From: Chiloscyllium plagiosum
Lineage: Eukaryota
NCBI RefSeq assembly: GCF_004010195.1
Contig: NC_057719.1
Coordinates: 50,891,008-50,913,608 of the forward strand
Length of the DNA: 22,601 nt
Direction of reading: 5' to 3'
The first letter of the stretch is position 1, and each line of letters starts with the position of its first letter. The translations under genes and the position numbers were made by a program. Shown here piece after piece: positions 21,420 through 22,601 of the stretch. A model generated the notes under the pieces. The model was not told the DNA's origin, ran no database searches, and was given only the letters and a program-made list of their open reading frames with translations.

Positions 21420-22601
21420 AGAATTATAGACAATAGGTGCAGGAGTAGGCCATTCTGCCCTTCGAGCCTGCACCACCATTTAATATGATCATGGCTGATC
21501 ATCCTCAATCAGTATCCTGTTCCTGCCTTATCTCCATTACCCTTGATTCCACTATCCTTGAGAGCTCTAGCCAACTCTTTCTTAAATGAATCCAGAGACT
21601 GGGCCTCCACTGCCCTCTGGGACAGAGCATTCCACACAGCCACCACTCTCTGGGTGAAGATGTTTCTCCTCATCTCTGTCCTAAATGGTATACCCCGTAT
21701 TTTTAAGCTGTGTCCTCTGGTTCGGCACTTGCCCATCAGCGGAAACATGTTTCCTGCCTCCAGAGTGTCCAATCCTGTAATAATCTTATATGTCTCAATC
21801 AGATCCCCCTCAGTCTTTTAAACCCAAGGATATACAAGCCCAGTCGCTCCAGTCTTTCAGCGTAAGGTAGTCCCATCATTCCAGGAATTGACCTCGTGAA
21901 CCTACGATGTACTCCCTCAATAGCCAGAATGTCTTTCCTCAAATTTGGAGACCAGAACTGCACACAATACTCCAGGTGTGGTCTCACCAGGGCCCAGTAC
22001 AGCCGCAGAAGAACCTCTTTGCTTCTATACTCAATCCCTCTTGTTATGAAGGCCAGCCTGCTATTAGCCTTCTTCACTACCTGCTGCACCTCCATGCTTA
22101 CCTTCATTGACTGGTATACAAGAACACCCAGATCTCTTTGTACTGCCCCTTTACCGAAATTGATTACATTTAGGTAGTAATCTGCCTTCCTGTTCTTGCC
22201 ACCAAAGTGGATAATCATACATTTATCCACATTAAACTGCATCTGCCAAGCATCTGACCACTCACCTAACCTGTCCAGGTCACCCTGTAATCTCCTAACA
22301 TGCTCCTCACATTTCACCCAGCTTAGTATTATCAGCAAATTTGCTAATCTTATTACTAGTACCATCTTCTATATCACTAATATGTATTGTAAAAAGCTGC
22401 GGTCCCAGCACTGATCCCTGCGGTACCCCACTGGTCACTGCCTGCCATTCCGAAATGGAGCCTTTATCACTACTCCTTGTTTCCTGTCAACCAACCAACT
22501 TTCAATCCAAATTAGTACTTTGCCCCCAATACCATGCGCCCTAATTTTGCTCACTAACCTCCTATGTGGGACTTTATCAAAAGCTTTCTGAAAGTCCATG
22601 T
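21420..22601 (-). mobile_element. CR1 LINE RT and 3' end, running off the window
   Basis: [12 protein letters not shown] motif near 22395-22430. ORF 21799-22365 contains RPHLEYCVQFWSP and ORF 21509-21772 contains RTRGHSLK..RNIFTQRVV..WNAL. The 3' UTR ends near 21420. Confidence 0.95.

Noticed and set aside
21799..22365. 188 aa ORF as a functional reverse transcriptase or domesticated gene
   Set aside because: It is a fragment of a CR1 copy. The upstream FADD catalytic region is disrupted and the downstream part is in a separate ORF.
1..22601. Prokaryotic-type systems (CRISPR array, retron, operon)
   Set aside because: There is no regularly spaced repeat-spacer array or dense gene packing. 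All RT-like peptides are eukaryotic CR1 fragments.

Overview
Eukaryotic, repeat-rich, mostly intronic DNA from a cartilaginous fish. The abundant HE1-type SINEs and HER1/CR1 LINEs point to a shark or ray; the species cannot be fixed from this window. Three spliced + strand coding exons (7565-7696, 14583-14766, 19551-19681) join in frame and match, from recalled sequence, the C-terminal part of the centriolar/ciliogenesis protein TALPID3 (KIAA0586). The introns are a nested retroelement record: several CR1/HER1 LINE fragments, four tRNA-derived HE1 SINEs, a decayed Ty1/copia-like (probably GalEa-type) LTR element with a tRNA-iMet PBS, gag, zinc knuckle and protease, and six Penelope-like element (PLE) derived insertions. 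The most interesting signal is in the PLE set. There are three fold-back insertions (28, 53 and about 290 bp arms), each with a 13-14 bp TSD and a nearly constant 37-40 nt unpaired tail. There are four decayed minimal hammerhead-ribozyme motifs, and several very short copies begin at the ribozyme core. A 67 bp piece of local intron has also been copied into the apex of the largest palindrome. Most listed ORFs are retroelement debris or chance ORFs. Family assignments come from motif recognition, not database searches.
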